Shown piece after piece: positions 46,530 to 57,460 of a DNA stretch of 64,000 bases. The stretch is from an uncultured Alphaproteobacteria bacterium (GTDB lineage Bacteria; Pseudomonadota; Alphaproteobacteria; Methylaequorales; Methylaequoraceae): positions 26,361 through 90,360 of the forward strand of contig CABYVV010000005.1 of assembly GCA_902522465.1 (NCBI GenBank), given 5' to 3'. The position numbers were made by a program, and so were the translations under genes. The notes below the pieces were generated by a model that ran no database searches, had not been told where the DNA came from, and saw only the letters and a program-made list of their open reading frames with translations. Numbering within the stretch: position 1 is the stretch's first letter; every line of letters begins with the position of its first letter.

Positions 46530-47936
46530 TTAGAAGTAATTAAGGTGACTCTTTTTTCCTCTTATCAGATCATTAACAAAGAGAACAACAATCAATAAGA
46601 TTAGAGGATAAACAGGCATTAAATATCTTGGAGTACCAATGTTTATAAAAGAGACAAAAAAGAGATGACTTTGAACAGACAAAACTAAAAAGACTAATGA
46701 AATATATTTTTTCGGATTTTTTAAGAAACCATAAATGTAATTCATTAAGATTACTATTAGTATTAACATAAGAGATAAGAAAAATAATAAATTAATTTTC
46801 AAAAGATTAATATTCGGTGAATAAATATTTGAAGAAGATTTTTCAAGTAACTCATTTACATAAATATTTTCATTACTTTTATTTATATCCATTGAACTTA
46901 AAAAAATATTTTTTGAGCCAGGTGTCCATAACGAAAAATAATGGGCCAAACTTAGCTTAAAATATTCAAAAGGATACTTAGAAATGATACTTATGAGAAT
47001 TTTTTTTTGATCTACGTATTCATCATTGAAGTAAATATTATCAGATATCACTGTAATGTTTAACTTTTTCCATATTTTATCTGATATTTGAAATTGACCT
47101 ACAACTTCAAAGTCTGAAATTAAATTTGTTTTTAGTACTGGATTTTTAACTTCTTTCAAATAATTATTAAATTTTTTTGATTCAGTTTGTATTTCATCCA
47201 GATAAGGTTTCAGTTTTTCGTCAAAATCACTTAATTTAAAACTATCTGTTCCACTTAACATAAATATTTTTCCAAAATAAATATTTTCTTTCTGTGTAGT
47301 GCGGACTTCGTTGGTTTGAAAAAAATAATAGTTTTCAATTAAAGGTAATAAAGTGAAACTAATCAAAAAGAATATAATTTTATTTTTTTGGCCTAGACAT
47401 AAAAAAATTAAAGTAAGAAAAAAACTAAGTATAATTCCTTCATGTTTCAATGAAGAAATTCCACCTAAACAAAGACCTAATATAATACAATCAAACCTTG
47501 TTTTTTTTTTTTTTAAAAGAATGGCTATTGAGATATTTATAAAGCTAAATAAAAATGATTCAGTTAGGATTATTTTACAAAAAGAAGTATAAAAAATATT
47601 TAAAACTACAAGAAAATAAAAAATTATTATTAATTTTCTGTTAATTTCTAAAATAATTAGAGACTTAAATATTAAAAAAAGACTAATTATGAAGAATATT
47701 TTTTGAATTAAAAGTACATGACGTAAATCATTTGTATAAAATATATCAAGAAAAAGTGGGTAAATTGCAAGTCTATATGCTCCATTGTCTATATATGAAG
47801 AACTATCAGGTGCTAGAGAAGAAAAAAAGCTAATAGAATGTGTAATGATAAAATAAGTAATGATGAAGAAGAATAAAAAAAAAATAATGTCTCGCTTCAT
47901 TTTTTTCAAATAATTTATACAATCAAATTTTATCAT
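46530..47936 (-). CDS. Polytopic membrane protein, GT-C-like glycosyltransferase
   Basis: PDSSSY loop after TM1, R..IYPLFL, ILTES and PRYLMPVYP; many TM segments. Confidence 0.6.
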   Translation of the reverse strand: MIKFDCINYLKKMKRDIIFFLFFFIITYFIITHSISFFSSLAPDSSSYIDNGAYRLAIYPLFLDIFYTNDLRHVLLIQKIFFIISLFLIFKSLIILEINRKLIIIFYFLVVLNIFYTSFCKIILTESFLFSFINISIAILLKKKKTRFDCIILGLCLGGISSLKHEGIILSFFLTLIFLCLGQKNKIIFFLISFTLLPLIENYYFFQTNEVRTTQKENIYFGKIFMLSGTDSFKLSDFDEKLKPYLDEIQTESKKFNNYLKEVKNPVLKTNLISDFEVVGQFQISDKIWKKLNITVISDNIYFNDEYVDQKKILISIISKYPFEYFKLSLAHYFSLWTPGSKNIFLSSMDINKSNENIYVNELLEKSSSNIYSPNINLLKINLLFFLSLMLILIVILMNYIYGFLKNPKKYISLVFLVLSVQSHLFFVSFINIGTPRYLMPVYPLILLIVVLFVNDLIRGKKSHLNYF

Positions 47937-49059
47937 ATATTTCTTTATATCTGTTTATCATTTCTTTATAATTGAATAATTGATTAACTTTTTTTTTATT
48001 ATTTTTTCCCATCATTTTTGATTTTTCCTTTTCAAGGAGCATTTTTTGTATCAGATTTGCAATTCCTTGGTAGTCTCTTTGTTTCACAATATAACCATTA
48101 ATTTGGTTGTCTAGAATTTCCGTTATATTACCTGAATCAGTGCTAATTATAGGAAGTGAACAATTCATATACTCAACTATTGCATTTGATGATCCCTCAT
48201 GATCAGATAATAAAATACCTATTTTTGCTGATTTAAGAATTTTCTCTGGAGCAATTTGAATTCCTTTAAAAATTATTTTTTCTTGTAGATCATATTTTTT
48301 TATTAGATCTTGTAGTTTTAATTTATATTTATTATTACCATCACCGATGATTAATAATTTCCATTTTTTGAAGGATCTATTTAAAACATTTAAAGATTCA
48401 ATAAGATGAATATGTCCTTTGTAAGGAATTAGGTTTGCTAAACATACAATAATGTTAATTTTTGTTAAATCTTCATTTACTGTATTTTTTTGTTTTTTTT
48501 TATAATCATTTTTCTTTTCAGTAATAAATTTTTTTATACCATTCTTAATTTCTATTATCTTTTTAATATCAACTCCTTCATCAGAAATAAGTTGATTTTT
48601 TAAATTATTAGAGTTAACTAAAATATATCTCATTTTCTTATGAAGACGATTTTCCCAAAATTTAATAAAAGGATATTTTTTCTGATAGTAATTTGTTGAT
48701 CGTCTACTCATTATCAATCTTGTTTTTCTTTGAAGAATACAAATCGTGCCAGCGATTAAATAAGATTTTGGTAAAAAAAAGTGAATTATACACTTTTTTG
48801 GTTTTAAAATTTTCCATAACTGGTTAATAAGAAAAAAATATTTTAAAAATCCAAACTTGAATCCACCATCTCCTAAATTTATTAATTTTATTCTGGTCGG
48901 AAGATGAGGAGATAATAAACCTTTATTTTTCAAACAAATAATTTCCACTTTGTAATTATTAGATATTGATGTTGCTAAATTGAATAAATGCTTTTCTGTT
49001 CCACCTATATCTAAACTCGGAATTATATATACTATAGATTTATTCTTTGAGAAAGTCAT
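47923..49059 (-). CDS. Glycosyltransferase family 4
   Basis: GGTEKH, NLIPYKGH and EGSSNAIVE (EX7E) motifs. Confidence 0.9.
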   Translation of the reverse strand: MTFSKNKSIVYIIPSLDIGGTEKHLFNLATSISNNYKVEIICLKNKGLLSPHLPTRIKLINLGDGGFKFGFLKYFFLINQLWKILKPKKCIIHFFLPKSYLIAGTICILQRKTRLIMSRRSTNYYQKKYPFIKFWENRLHKKMRYILVNSNNLKNQLISDEGVDIKKIIEIKNGIKKFITEKKNDYKKKQKNTVNEDLTKINIIVCLANLIPYKGHIHLIESLNVLNRSFKKWKLLIIGDGNNKYKLKLQDLIKKYDLQEKIIFKGIQIAPEKILKSAKIGILLSDHEGSSNAIVEYMNCSLPIISTDSGNITEILDNQINGYIVKQRDYQGIANLIQKMLLEKEKSKMMGKNNKKKVNQLFNYKEMINRYKEIYDKI

Positions 49060-50947
49060 CGTACCAAATCTGAAAAACAATAAGGTTCCAAACTAAATAA
49101 TAATTTTTTATTGTTTTATTAGATATTAAATTATCAATACTTATGTGATTTAATATTCCTTGTTTTTTTAATTTACTCTGATTGAGAGTTGATTTTACTA
49201 AATCTTTTAAATCACCATTTAACCATTCATTTAATGGGATTGAAAATCCTTTCTTAGGCCGAATAAACAAATTCTCCGGCAAATATTTTTTAAGTATTTT
49301 CTTTAAAATTAATTTTTGATTTGAGTTATTTACAGTGTATTTTGGACTAATTCTCTTTACATGTTCCAAAACAATCTTTTCTAAAAAAGGTACTCTTGTT
49401 TCAAGTGATACATTCATACTAGCTCTATCAACTTTCGCTAAAATGTCATCTGGTAAATAAGTTTTGAAGTCTAGTATTTGCATATATTTTTCAAAAGAAT
49501 GCTTGTCTAACAAAGATTTAGAAGAACTAAATAATGTATCTTTCTCATTTGCCTCTTTTACGAAAATATTTGGAGTTGTTGTATAACTTGTAAGTATCCT
49601 ATAAATTTCTGCTCTTGAATTTGCATCAAAGAGGTTTGAAATTTTTTCAATTTTATTATTAAATTCTGGAATACCAAATGTGAAGTTTTTATTCTGTAAA
49701 ATAGAATAATTTTTGGACACTATATATCTAAGTATTTTTTTTATAAAAGTTTTAATATTTTTTGGTAATCTGTAGCCAGTTTTATAGAAATTATTTGAAT
49801 ATTTATATCTATTATAACCCCCAAATAATTCATCTCCACCATCACCAGATAAAGCAACCTTTACGCTTGAACTTGTATACTGTGACAAAATAAAGGTGGG
49901 TATCTGTGAAGAATCAGCAAATGGTTCTGAATATATATTTGAAATCTTCGGTATAACATTTAATAAATCTTTAGAAGAAATAATCATTTCATTATGTTCG
50001 GTTTTAAGATGTTGGGAAATTTTTTTCGAATAGACTGACTCGTCATAATTTTTATCTTCAAATCCAATTGTAAAGGTTTTAACTTTAGAAGGACTAAGTT
50101 CATTCATTAAGGCAGTAATTAACGATGAATCAATTCCACCTGACAGGAAAGAAGCAATCTTTACGTCTGAAATCATACAATTAGAAACTGCTTGTTTTAG
50201 GATATCTTCTGTAGAATCAATAATTTTTTTTTGTGAATATTTATATTCTTCTTTTTTTTCGTCAAAATCCCAGTATTGTTTTGTTGTAATCTGCTTATTA
50301 GATGAAAAATTTAGTACTGTAGCTGGTTGAAACTTATTTACATTCTTAAATATGGTCCATGGTGCTGGAATATATCCGTGTCTTAGATAATTTGTTAATG
50401 AATCTGGGTCTACTTGTAAATTATTAAAAATTTTTTTGAACGCAGATAATTCTGAAGCAAAAAAGAAAATATTATCTAAATAACACCAATATATTGGCTT
50501 AATACCTACTCTATCATTAATCAAAATTAAATTTTTTTCGATTTTATCCCATATACCAAATGCATACATACCTTCAATTTTCTGCAATGTTTTTTCAATT
50601 CCAAAAACTGAAACATATTCCAGCAAAATTTTGGTATCAGAATTCACTCCTTTCACGTCTATATATTTAGATAAATCATTTTTTAATTTTACAAAGTTAT
50701 AAATTTCTCCATTAAATGTTAATACAAATCTTCCATTTTCAGAGGTCATTGGTTGATTAGCTGAATCACTTAAATCAATAATCGATAACCTACAATGACC
50801 AAATCCAACTCTATTTTTATTATCCACCCAACAACCATTTGAATCTGGACCTCTATGGTGCATTGTTTTGTTAATTTGTTCAAGATGATATTTTTTATCT
50901 ATTTGAACTACTTTGTTTGTTTCGATTATACCTGAAATTCCACACAT
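49040..50947 (-). CDS. asnB: AsnB-type glutamine amidotransferase (glycan amidation)
   Basis: MCGISG, HRGPD, FNGEIYN, LSGGIDSS and SGDGGDELFGGY motifs; lies within the glycan cluster. Confidence 0.92.
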   Translation of the reverse strand: MCGISGIIETNKVVQIDKKYHLEQINKTMHHRGPDSNGCWVDNKNRVGFGHCRLSIIDLSDSANQPMTSENGRFVLTFNGEIYNFVKLKNDLSKYIDVKGVNSDTKILLEYVSVFGIEKTLQKIEGMYAFGIWDKIEKNLILINDRVGIKPIYWCYLDNIFFFASELSAFKKIFNNLQVDPDSLTNYLRHGYIPAPWTIFKNVNKFQPATVLNFSSNKQITTKQYWDFDEKKEEYKYSQKKIIDSTEDILKQAVSNCMISDVKIASFLSGGIDSSLITALMNELSPSKVKTFTIGFEDKNYDESVYSKKISQHLKTEHNEMIISSKDLLNVIPKISNIYSEPFADSSQIPTFILSQYTSSSVKVALSGDGGDELFGGYNRYKYSNNFYKTGYRLPKNIKTFIKKILRYIVSKNYSILQNKNFTFGIPEFNNKIEKISNLFDANSRAEIYRILTSYTTTPNIFVKEANEKDTLFSSSKSLLDKHSFEKYMQILDFKTYLPDDILAKVDRASMNVSLETRVPFLEKIVLEHVKRISPKYTVNNSNQKLILKKILKKYLPENLFIRPKKGFSIPLNEWLNGDLKDLVKSTLNQSKLKKQGILNHISIDNLISNKTIKNYYLVWNLIVFQIWYDDFLKE

Positions 50948-51020
50948 TATTAGTCAGTCTTATATAGATTTAAAGTTTATAAGATTTTCTGAGTACTTTA
51001 AATAAATTATAACCATGCTT

Positions 51021-51173
51021 TTAAAAAATTGTGTAAATGAAAGGGGCAATTGCAGTTCCTTGTGTTAAAACAATTAGTCCACCAAAAATAAATAGAAAGA
51101 AAAGAATTGGTATTAACCAAAATTTTTTTCTATTTATGATAAAACCCAAGAACTCTTTGATAAATTCTATCAT
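51021..51173 (-). CDS. Small membrane peptide, DUF5989/SxtK-like (50 aa)
   Basis: Hand-translated MIEFIKEFLGFIINRKKFWLIPILFFLFIFGGLIVLTQGTAIAPFIYTIF; RKKFWL and APFIYTIF signature. Confidence 0.85.
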   Translation of the reverse strand: MIEFIKEFLGFIINRKKFWLIPILFFLFIFGGLIVLTQGTAIAPFIYTIF

Positions 51174-51210
51174 TCTCATTTCTTCAAAATTTTTAAGAAG
51201 CTATCAAAGG

Positions 51211-52221
51211 TCATAAATGTTCTTTCAATATAGAAAAGACTCTTTTTGAAAATTCCAAGGTACCAGTCGGATTAAAATGTGCATCATTTTTGAAATAATA
51301 ATGATCTCCCATCGTATTTACAATAAAATGTTTTATATTTTTTTTATTTAGACAAGATGATAAACTTTTATAGTAATTTTGATTTTCCAAGTTATTTCTT
51401 CCAGGTATATTAAATACTTTAAGGCTTTCTGACTGATCTTTGATTGCAGATATTATTGAACACAATTTTCCAATATCGAAATATTTCATATTATCAGGTT
51501 TTTTAATAAAATTATAAAACGTATTATAGTAAAATCTTATGATACCAACTGAGTATGATCTTTTCAAAAATAAAAAAAAAGAGGGAGGCAATCTTCTTAA
51601 AACAGTATTTTTATATTGTAATAGTTTTCCTTCTACTACAAAAGTTGTTTTACTTTCAATCTTATTGCAATTTTTGTCTAAAACATCTACAATTTTGTTA
51701 TTACTGTCAATACACAGATTATTAGAAATATCTTGAATATCATTTTCATACAAAAATAAAATATTTTTTTTATTTTGATACTCTTTGTTATGCCTTATAA
51801 AGTTTAAATAGGAGTCGGGACTTCTTCCTGTGAAATAACCCATATTTATAAAATCGTAATTTTTCATAAAAAGTTTTTCAACAAGATGGGGTATAGTTTG
51901 ATTATTTTCTACACCAAATCCAAATATAAAAGAGTCTCCATACATAAAATATCTATCACGATCGTCTAGTTCCTCATCTCTCATACCCAAACTATTGGTT
52001 TTCACCGTTACATCAAATGAGGCGTTTGAGTATGAAAATCTTCCCTCAAAATTTCTTTTTAAGGAAAATTCTGTATTTTCAGCATGATCAAAATGATTCA
52101 CAATTATTTTTTGAGGAATGAACTGGTAGGGTATATTTGGTTTAAATATTTGCGCTAATAGTTCAAAAATAAAAACTAATAATAGCAAATATAAAATAAA
52201 AAAAAATATTATTTTATTCAT
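51211..52221 (-). CDS. Membrane-anchored SGNH/GDSL hydrolase-like protein
   Basis: TNSLGMRD, YGDSFIFG, ENDI and DAHFN motifs. Confidence 0.75.
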   Translation of the reverse strand: MNKIIFFFILYLLLLVFIFELLAQIFKPNIPYQFIPQKIIVNHFDHAENTEFSLKRNFEGRFSYSNASFDVTVKTNSLGMRDEELDDRDRYFMYGDSFIFGFGVENNQTIPHLVEKLFMKNYDFINMGYFTGRSPDSYLNFIRHNKEYQNKKNILFLYENDIQDISNNLCIDSNNKIVDVLDKNCNKIESKTTFVVEGKLLQYKNTVLRRLPPSFFLFLKRSYSVGIIRFYYNTFYNFIKKPDNMKYFDIGKLCSIISAIKDQSESLKVFNIPGRNNLENQNYYKSLSSCLNKKNIKHFIVNTMGDHYYFKNDAHFNPTGTLEFSKRVFSILKEHL

Positions 52222-53536
52222 TTTTCTTTTTTTTTAATAATCGTGTCAAATAATTGTAACCATAGATAGTTAATAAGAAAAGCAGACATTCAATTGGTAA
52301 CCTTGATCTTGCATGTCCATTGAATATTACAATTACAAAAGAAAATAATATAAACATAATAACTGCTAAATATCTATGATTTTTGATTTTGAATAACAAA
52401 ATAAAAAAACCAATAATTGATAAAACTTTTAATAGAAAGTTTATTGTTAAAGCAATAATCTTGATATATTTAGAATCAGATTGGATATTTTTTGTTAATA
52501 TAAAATTTTCTGGATCCTTAACATCAATGTTTCCAAATAATATATTTAAGTAAGAAGATCCCGATGCAAAAAAGAATTTGATTGTTGATCTGGCCCATAG
52601 TTCAGTATACGAGGACAATGGATATGAAAGTAATTTACCTAGGTAATATTTTCTATACCAATTGGTAATTTCATCGTTCGATAACTTTCCTACATCTTCA
52701 AAACTTTGATAAAACTCTTCTTTAGCTTCCAATTCAATTTTGTCATCATGTAAAAGATTTAAATCAATTTTCTCATCTAAAGTTGTCGATTCAAGTAAAG
52801 TTATATTCCATGATAAATGTTCTAACTCTTTTTCAGTATTTCCAATATTGGTTAGGTTTGAATTATGCTTGGAAATTAACCATGGACCATATGAGACAAA
52901 AATTGCAATTGAGAAAATTAGAATTGATTTTAGAAAAAATTTAAATTTTTTTTCATTTATCATAACGAAAAATATCAACAATATTATTAATAGGCTTAAA
53001 TAAATTCCTTCATATCTTGTTAATGAAGCCAATCCTAGAAAAAGTCCGCAAAAAAAAATTGCGTTAATTTCTTTATCTTTATACCATTTTAAATAATAGA
53101 AAAACACAGTTGTCAAAAGTAGACTATAAATTGTCTCTGTTAAAACAAAATTTGCATGTGCTAATAGATTTGGATTCAATAATACTAATGTAAAAACAAA
53201 ATAATCTCTTTTATTAAAAAATATTTCATAAATTTTCTCTGCTACTACAGCTGTTATAAATGCACAAAACAATTGAAAAACTATCAAAAAATTAATATTG
53301 GTGTTAAAAAATTTACTTATAATATTTACAAGAACAATATATAATGGTGGTTTTTGAACACTAATTAAATTACTAAGATAATCTTTTCCGAAAATCAAAT
53401 TATCTGAAATATTGATGATATTGTATCCATCGTTAATTAATCTGATTTTACTATCCACTGTAAAAAGAAAATATAAATTTAAAATTAAAAAAATAAAAAT
53501 TGAAAGATACGCTAAATTTTGATTGTTAATTTTCAT
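52214..53536 (-). CDS. GT-C (ArnT/PMT-like) membrane glycosyltransferase
   Basis: KPPLY, VLTETIY and GLASLTRYEG motifs; multiple TM segments. Confidence 0.75.
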   Translation of the reverse strand: MKINNQNLAYLSIFIFLILNLYFLFTVDSKIRLINDGYNIINISDNLIFGKDYLSNLISVQKPPLYIVLVNIISKFFNTNINFLIVFQLFCAFITAVVAEKIYEIFFNKRDYFVFTLVLLNPNLLAHANFVLTETIYSLLLTTVFFYYLKWYKDKEINAIFFCGLFLGLASLTRYEGIYLSLLIILLIFFVMINEKKFKFFLKSILIFSIAIFVSYGPWLISKHNSNLTNIGNTEKELEHLSWNITLLESTTLDEKIDLNLLHDDKIELEAKEEFYQSFEDVGKLSNDEITNWYRKYYLGKLLSYPLSSYTELWARSTIKFFFASGSSYLNILFGNIDVKDPENFILTKNIQSDSKYIKIIALTINFLLKVLSIIGFFILLFKIKNHRYLAVIMFILFSFVIVIFNGHARSRLPIECLLFLLTIYGYNYLTRLLKKKKNE

Positions 53537-54389
53537 TTAAAATTTGTCTAATATATTCTGAATATTGATTACTATTGGATAAATTTTTAATAATTTCATT
53601 TTTTGAGAGATATCCCATTCTAAAAGAAATCTCTTCTGGACAACCAATTTGAATACCTTGTCTTTCCTGGATTGATTTAACAAATGTAGAGGCATTATAT
53701 AGACCATCAACAGTTCCAGCATCTAACCATGCATATCCTCTTCCTAACTTTTCAGCAAAAAGCTCGCCTTTTGCAAGATACATTCTGTTAATGTCAGTTA
53801 TTTGTAACTCATCATTAATGGATGGTTTTACTTTTTTAGCAAATTCAATGACTTTATTGTCATAAAAATAGAGGCCAATAACTGCAAAATTAGACTTAGG
53901 ACTTTTTGGTTTCTCAACCAATGAGCAAACTTTGTCATTTTTGTCAAACTCAATCACTCCATAATATTCTGGATTTTTAACTCTATAAGCAAAAACTTTT
54001 GCACCTCGATGGTTTTCTTTAGATTTTTTAAGATTTGACATCAGTGAATCACCAAATAGAAGGTTGTCTCCCAAAACCAATGCCACATTATGATTCCCAA
54101 TGAAATTCTCACCTATTAGGAATGCTTCAGCTACTCCATTTTGTTTAAACTGAATCTCATAACTAATTTTTATTCCTAGATTTAATCCATTACCAAGCAG
54201 TGCTTTGTAGGCTTCTAAATCTCTTTTCATACAAATAATAAGAATATCTTTTATACCAGCCATCATTAGTAATGTTAGAGGATAAAAAATCATTGGCTTA
54301 TCATAAACAGGTAATAACTGCTTACTAGTTGAAACAGTAACTGGATATAATCTCGATCCATAACCGCCTGCCAAAATTATTCCCTTCAT
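53526..54389 (-). CDS. rfbA: Glucose-1-phosphate thymidylyltransferase
   Basis: GIILAGGYGSRLYP, SKQLLPVYDKPMI, LGDN and WLDAGT motifs. Confidence 0.95.
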   Translation of the reverse strand: MKGIILAGGYGSRLYPVTVSTSKQLLPVYDKPMIFYPLTLLMMAGIKDILIICMKRDLEAYKALLGNGLNLGIKISYEIQFKQNGVAEAFLIGENFIGNHNVALVLGDNLLFGDSLMSNLKKSKENHRGAKVFAYRVKNPEYYGVIEFDKNDKVCSLVEKPKSPKSNFAVIGLYFYDNKVIEFAKKVKPSINDELQITDINRMYLAKGELFAEKLGRGYAWLDAGTVDGLYNASTFVKSIQERQGIQIGCPEEISFRMGYLSKNEIIKNLSNSNQYSEYIRQILNEN

Positions 54390-55420
54390 TTTTTCTCTCC
54401 TAGCCCAACTCTAAGGTTAAATCCTTTTTTTATTTTTTTTTTCCACCATTTTTCGTTCCTTATATACCAGTCTATTGTTTCAACTATTCCAGATTTGAAA
54501 TTTATTTCTTTTTTCCATCCAAGTTTTTTTATTTTATTTGAATTTAAAGAATATCTAAAATCATGACCCGGTCTATCTTGAACAAGCTTTATTAATTTTT
54601 TATAGGATTCTTTTTTTGGTTTAACCTTATCTAAATAAATACAAATAATATTTGCCAATTCAATATTACAAAACTCCTCACCACTACCTATTAAATATCT
54701 TTCTCCAACTCTTCCATTTAACATTATTTCAAATAAAGCTTTACAGTGATCATCTACATGAATCCATTCTCTTATATTCTTACCAGAACCATAAATTGGG
54801 ATATTTTGGTTGGTCAAAGCCTTGCTGATTGACAGCGGAATAAATTTCTCAATTAATTGCCATGGGCCATAATTGTTACAGGAATGTGTAATAATTACTG
54901 GAATTCCGTATGTTGTGTGCCAGGCTTTTACCAAATGATCAGCTGCTGCCTTTGAAGCAGAATAAGGAGATTTTGGATCATATCTAGTTAATTCATTAAA
55001 TTTAGGTGAGTTTTTTCCTAATGAACCAAATACTTCATCTGTTGAAATGTGAATATAATTTTTTACTTTTTTTCTTCTAATTCCTTCCAAAATATTAACG
55101 GTTCCATTTATATTCGTTTTTACAAATATATCCGAACCATCGATTGATCTATCGACATGACTCTCGGCTGCAAAGTTTACTACGTAATCAAAATCATTTT
55201 TTAAGAAAAATTTTAATACTTCCTTTTTATTGTTAATATCAATTTTAAAAAAACTTATATCATTCATCACATGACTTATTCTCTCTAAATCTGAAGCATA
55301 AGTTAAACTATCTATAACATAAGTCTTATAATGCTTTGACACAGCCATATCTACAAACTTCGATCCAATAAAGCCAGCACCGCCAAAAACTAGAATTTTA
55401 TTTTGAGATTTCTTTTTCAT
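54386..55420 (-). CDS. rfbB: dTDP-glucose 4,6-dehydratase
   Basis: GGAGFIG, AAESHVDRSI, STDEVFG, YSASKA and DRPGHD motifs. Confidence 0.95.
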   Translation of the reverse strand: MKKKSQNKILVFGGAGFIGSKFVDMAVSKHYKTYVIDSLTYASDLERISHVMNDISFFKIDINNKKEVLKFFLKNDFDYVVNFAAESHVDRSIDGSDIFVKTNINGTVNILEGIRRKKVKNYIHISTDEVFGSLGKNSPKFNELTRYDPKSPYSASKAAADHLVKAWHTTYGIPVIITHSCNNYGPWQLIEKFIPLSISKALTNQNIPIYGSGKNIREWIHVDDHCKALFEIMLNGRVGERYLIGSGEEFCNIELANIICIYLDKVKPKKESYKKLIKLVQDRPGHDFRYSLNSNKIKKLGWKKEINFKSGIVETIDWYIRNEKWWKKKIKKGFNLRVGLGEKK

Positions 55421-56531
55421 AAATTGGTAAAATCTCACTCCAGTCATATTTCATTGAAATTTTTTTTGAACGTTCTCCAAATTCCTTTAACTTATCTGAA
55501 CTACAACAAATAACTTCTAAAAGAATTTCTTTCATTCTTTCACTTACTTTTTTTTTATTTCTAATATCAATTAACCAACCATTATCATCAAATAATTCTA
55601 CGTTACCCTTTTCTTTTGATATTACAATAGGTAAATTATAACTCATTGCTTCTATTAAGGCTAAAGAGTTTCCTTCAGGAAAAGATGGAAATAAATAAAT
55701 ATCAGAATTAATATAATGTTTCTTTAGGTGTTTATGATCAATGCCTTTAATAATTTTTACATTTTTTTGTAAATCATTATTATTAATATATGTTTTTATA
55801 TTTTCAAATTCTGGACCGTTTCCAATAATCGTGAGCTTAATTTTATCTAAATATTTTTTTTCAAGTAATGTCATTGCTTGTAAAATAATATAAAAACCCT
55901 TTCTTTTAACAAGTCTTCCAACAATTAATAAATCAAGATATGTTTTATTTATTTTTTTTTTTTTATATTTAAGTTTAGTTGACGCACCATTTTTTACTAT
56001 CACATAATTTTTATAACCATAAATTCTTTCATATTCATACTCTAGACCCTCAGCAACAAAAACCTTATTTGCCTTTTTCAATATTAATTTCGTGAGAGGT
56101 TTTAAAAAAAAAAGAATAAATGAGAACTTTGACTTAATAGTATGTAAATCTGCTCCACCTACAAATATGTAATTTTTATATCCATATAGAATTGAGGCTA
56201 AAAAACCTATTAGTCCGCTGGGTACTATAAATAAAGATAATACTTTATTGTAACCTCTTTTTTTCAACTTTATAAATGAAAGTAATCCTTTTACAAAAAA
56301 TATTATTAGACTAGTTAAATTCGAACCTCTATCATTATTTGATAAACAATTGATTCTGACAATCTCGAAGTTCTTTTTTTTTTTGATTTTTTCAACTTTG
56401 GAATAATTACAAGTTATTAATTTAACTTTATATTCTTTTTTTAATAAATAATTGATTATTTCATTCAACAATATTACTCCCCCTGACCTTACAGGAAAAT
56501 ATTCATGAGAAATTAAAATAATACTTTTCAT
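55398..56531 (-). CDS. Glycosyltransferase family 4
   Basis: GRLVKRKG and EGNSLALIEAM motifs. Confidence 0.9.
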   Translation of the reverse strand: MKSIILISHEYFPVRSGGVILLNEIINYLLKKEYKVKLITCNYSKVEKIKKKKNFEIVRINCLSNNDRGSNLTSLIIFFVKGLLSFIKLKKRGYNKVLSLFIVPSGLIGFLASILYGYKNYIFVGGADLHTIKSKFSFILFFLKPLTKLILKKANKVFVAEGLEYEYERIYGYKNYVIVKNGASTKLKYKKKKINKTYLDLLIVGRLVKRKGFYIILQAMTLLEKKYLDKIKLTIIGNGPEFENIKTYINNNDLQKNVKIIKGIDHKHLKKHYINSDIYLFPSFPEGNSLALIEAMSYNLPIVISKEKGNVELFDDNGWLIDIRNKKKVSERMKEILLEVICCSSDKLKEFGERSKKISMKYDWSEILPIYEKEISK

Positions 56532-57460
56532 ATTTGTTTTATATTAAAAAGCTTAATAATACTCAGACAGAAACCGCTAAATAAACCGGAAAAAATATAA
56601 ACAAAATATACTACAGATGATAATGCTATTATATTTTCAAATTTATCCTTTTTAATATCTAAAAAATTCCACATTAAAAATTCCGAGATTCCCCTCCCGT
56701 GAATTGTTATTGGTAAAACATTAGCTATTTCAAGTAGAGGTGTTAGAAAACCAAATGTTGAGTATTTGCTCTCAAACCCAAGGTCAATTGCAACTATATA
56801 AAACATTACAGTAGAAAGAGAAATTGTCATAAAAGCTATTAAATATAATTTAATAAAAAAAAGTTTGTCTTTACTCACAGTTAAAGTAAATTCCATAATT
56901 TCTCTTAACAAAGAGACTAACTTCTTTAAAATGTTAATTTCTATTTTTGTTTTATTTAAGAGCTTTTTAAAGGAGCTAAAAAATATATCCATTATAAATG
57001 TTAAAAAGAAAATAAAAAATAATGTAAGAATTGAAGAATATACATAATTCTGTAAATAAATAGAAATAAGATAGTAACAACAAAATATTATTAAACTAAT
57101 TAAAAAATTGTATCTTAGAAAAATTATAGAACTTATTATTTTTTTTTTTTCAAAACCCTCTAACATTTTATATTTGTAAACATCACTTCCAACTCTGCCT
57201 GGAATAAAAGTATCAAAAAAGAAACTTAAAAAATTTATTCTCTGAATTCTTAAGAATCTTAAATTTATTTGATTTTTTTTTAATATAAAAAACCACCTTG
57301 TGGCTTGAAGAAAAAGACATAAAAACATAAAAATAAACAAAAAAAAAACAGTTTGTAATTTTACTTTTTTGATAAGGTGAAATAAAATTTCTATATCAAC
57401 GAACTTGATCACCAAAACCATTAAAAAAACGATCAAAATAAACTTAGTTACATTAATCAT
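56528..57460 (-). CDS. LPG-synthase TM / flippase-like membrane protein
   Basis: RWFFIL, FIPGRVGSDVYK and LPITIHGRGISE motifs. Confidence 0.8.
   Translation of the reverse strand: MINVTKFILIVFLMVLVIKFVDIEILFHLIKKVKLQTVFFLFIFMFLCLFLQATRWFFILKKNQINLRFLRIQRINFLSFFFDTFIPGRVGSDVYKYKMLEGFEKKKIISSIIFLRYNFLISLIIFCCYYLISIYLQNYVYSSILTLFFIFFLTFIMDIFFSSFKKLLNKTKIEINILKKLVSLLREIMEFTLTVSKDKLFFIKLYLIAFMTISLSTVMFYIVAIDLGFESKYSTFGFLTPLLEIANVLPITIHGRGISEFLMWNFLDIKKDKFENIIALSSVVYFVYIFSGLFSGFCLSIIKLFNIKQI

Noticed and set aside
51021..52221. Saxitoxin gene cluster
   Set aside because: Only a generic SxtK-like peptide and an SGNH protein are present, in a glycan context with no sxtA, sxtG or sxtI.
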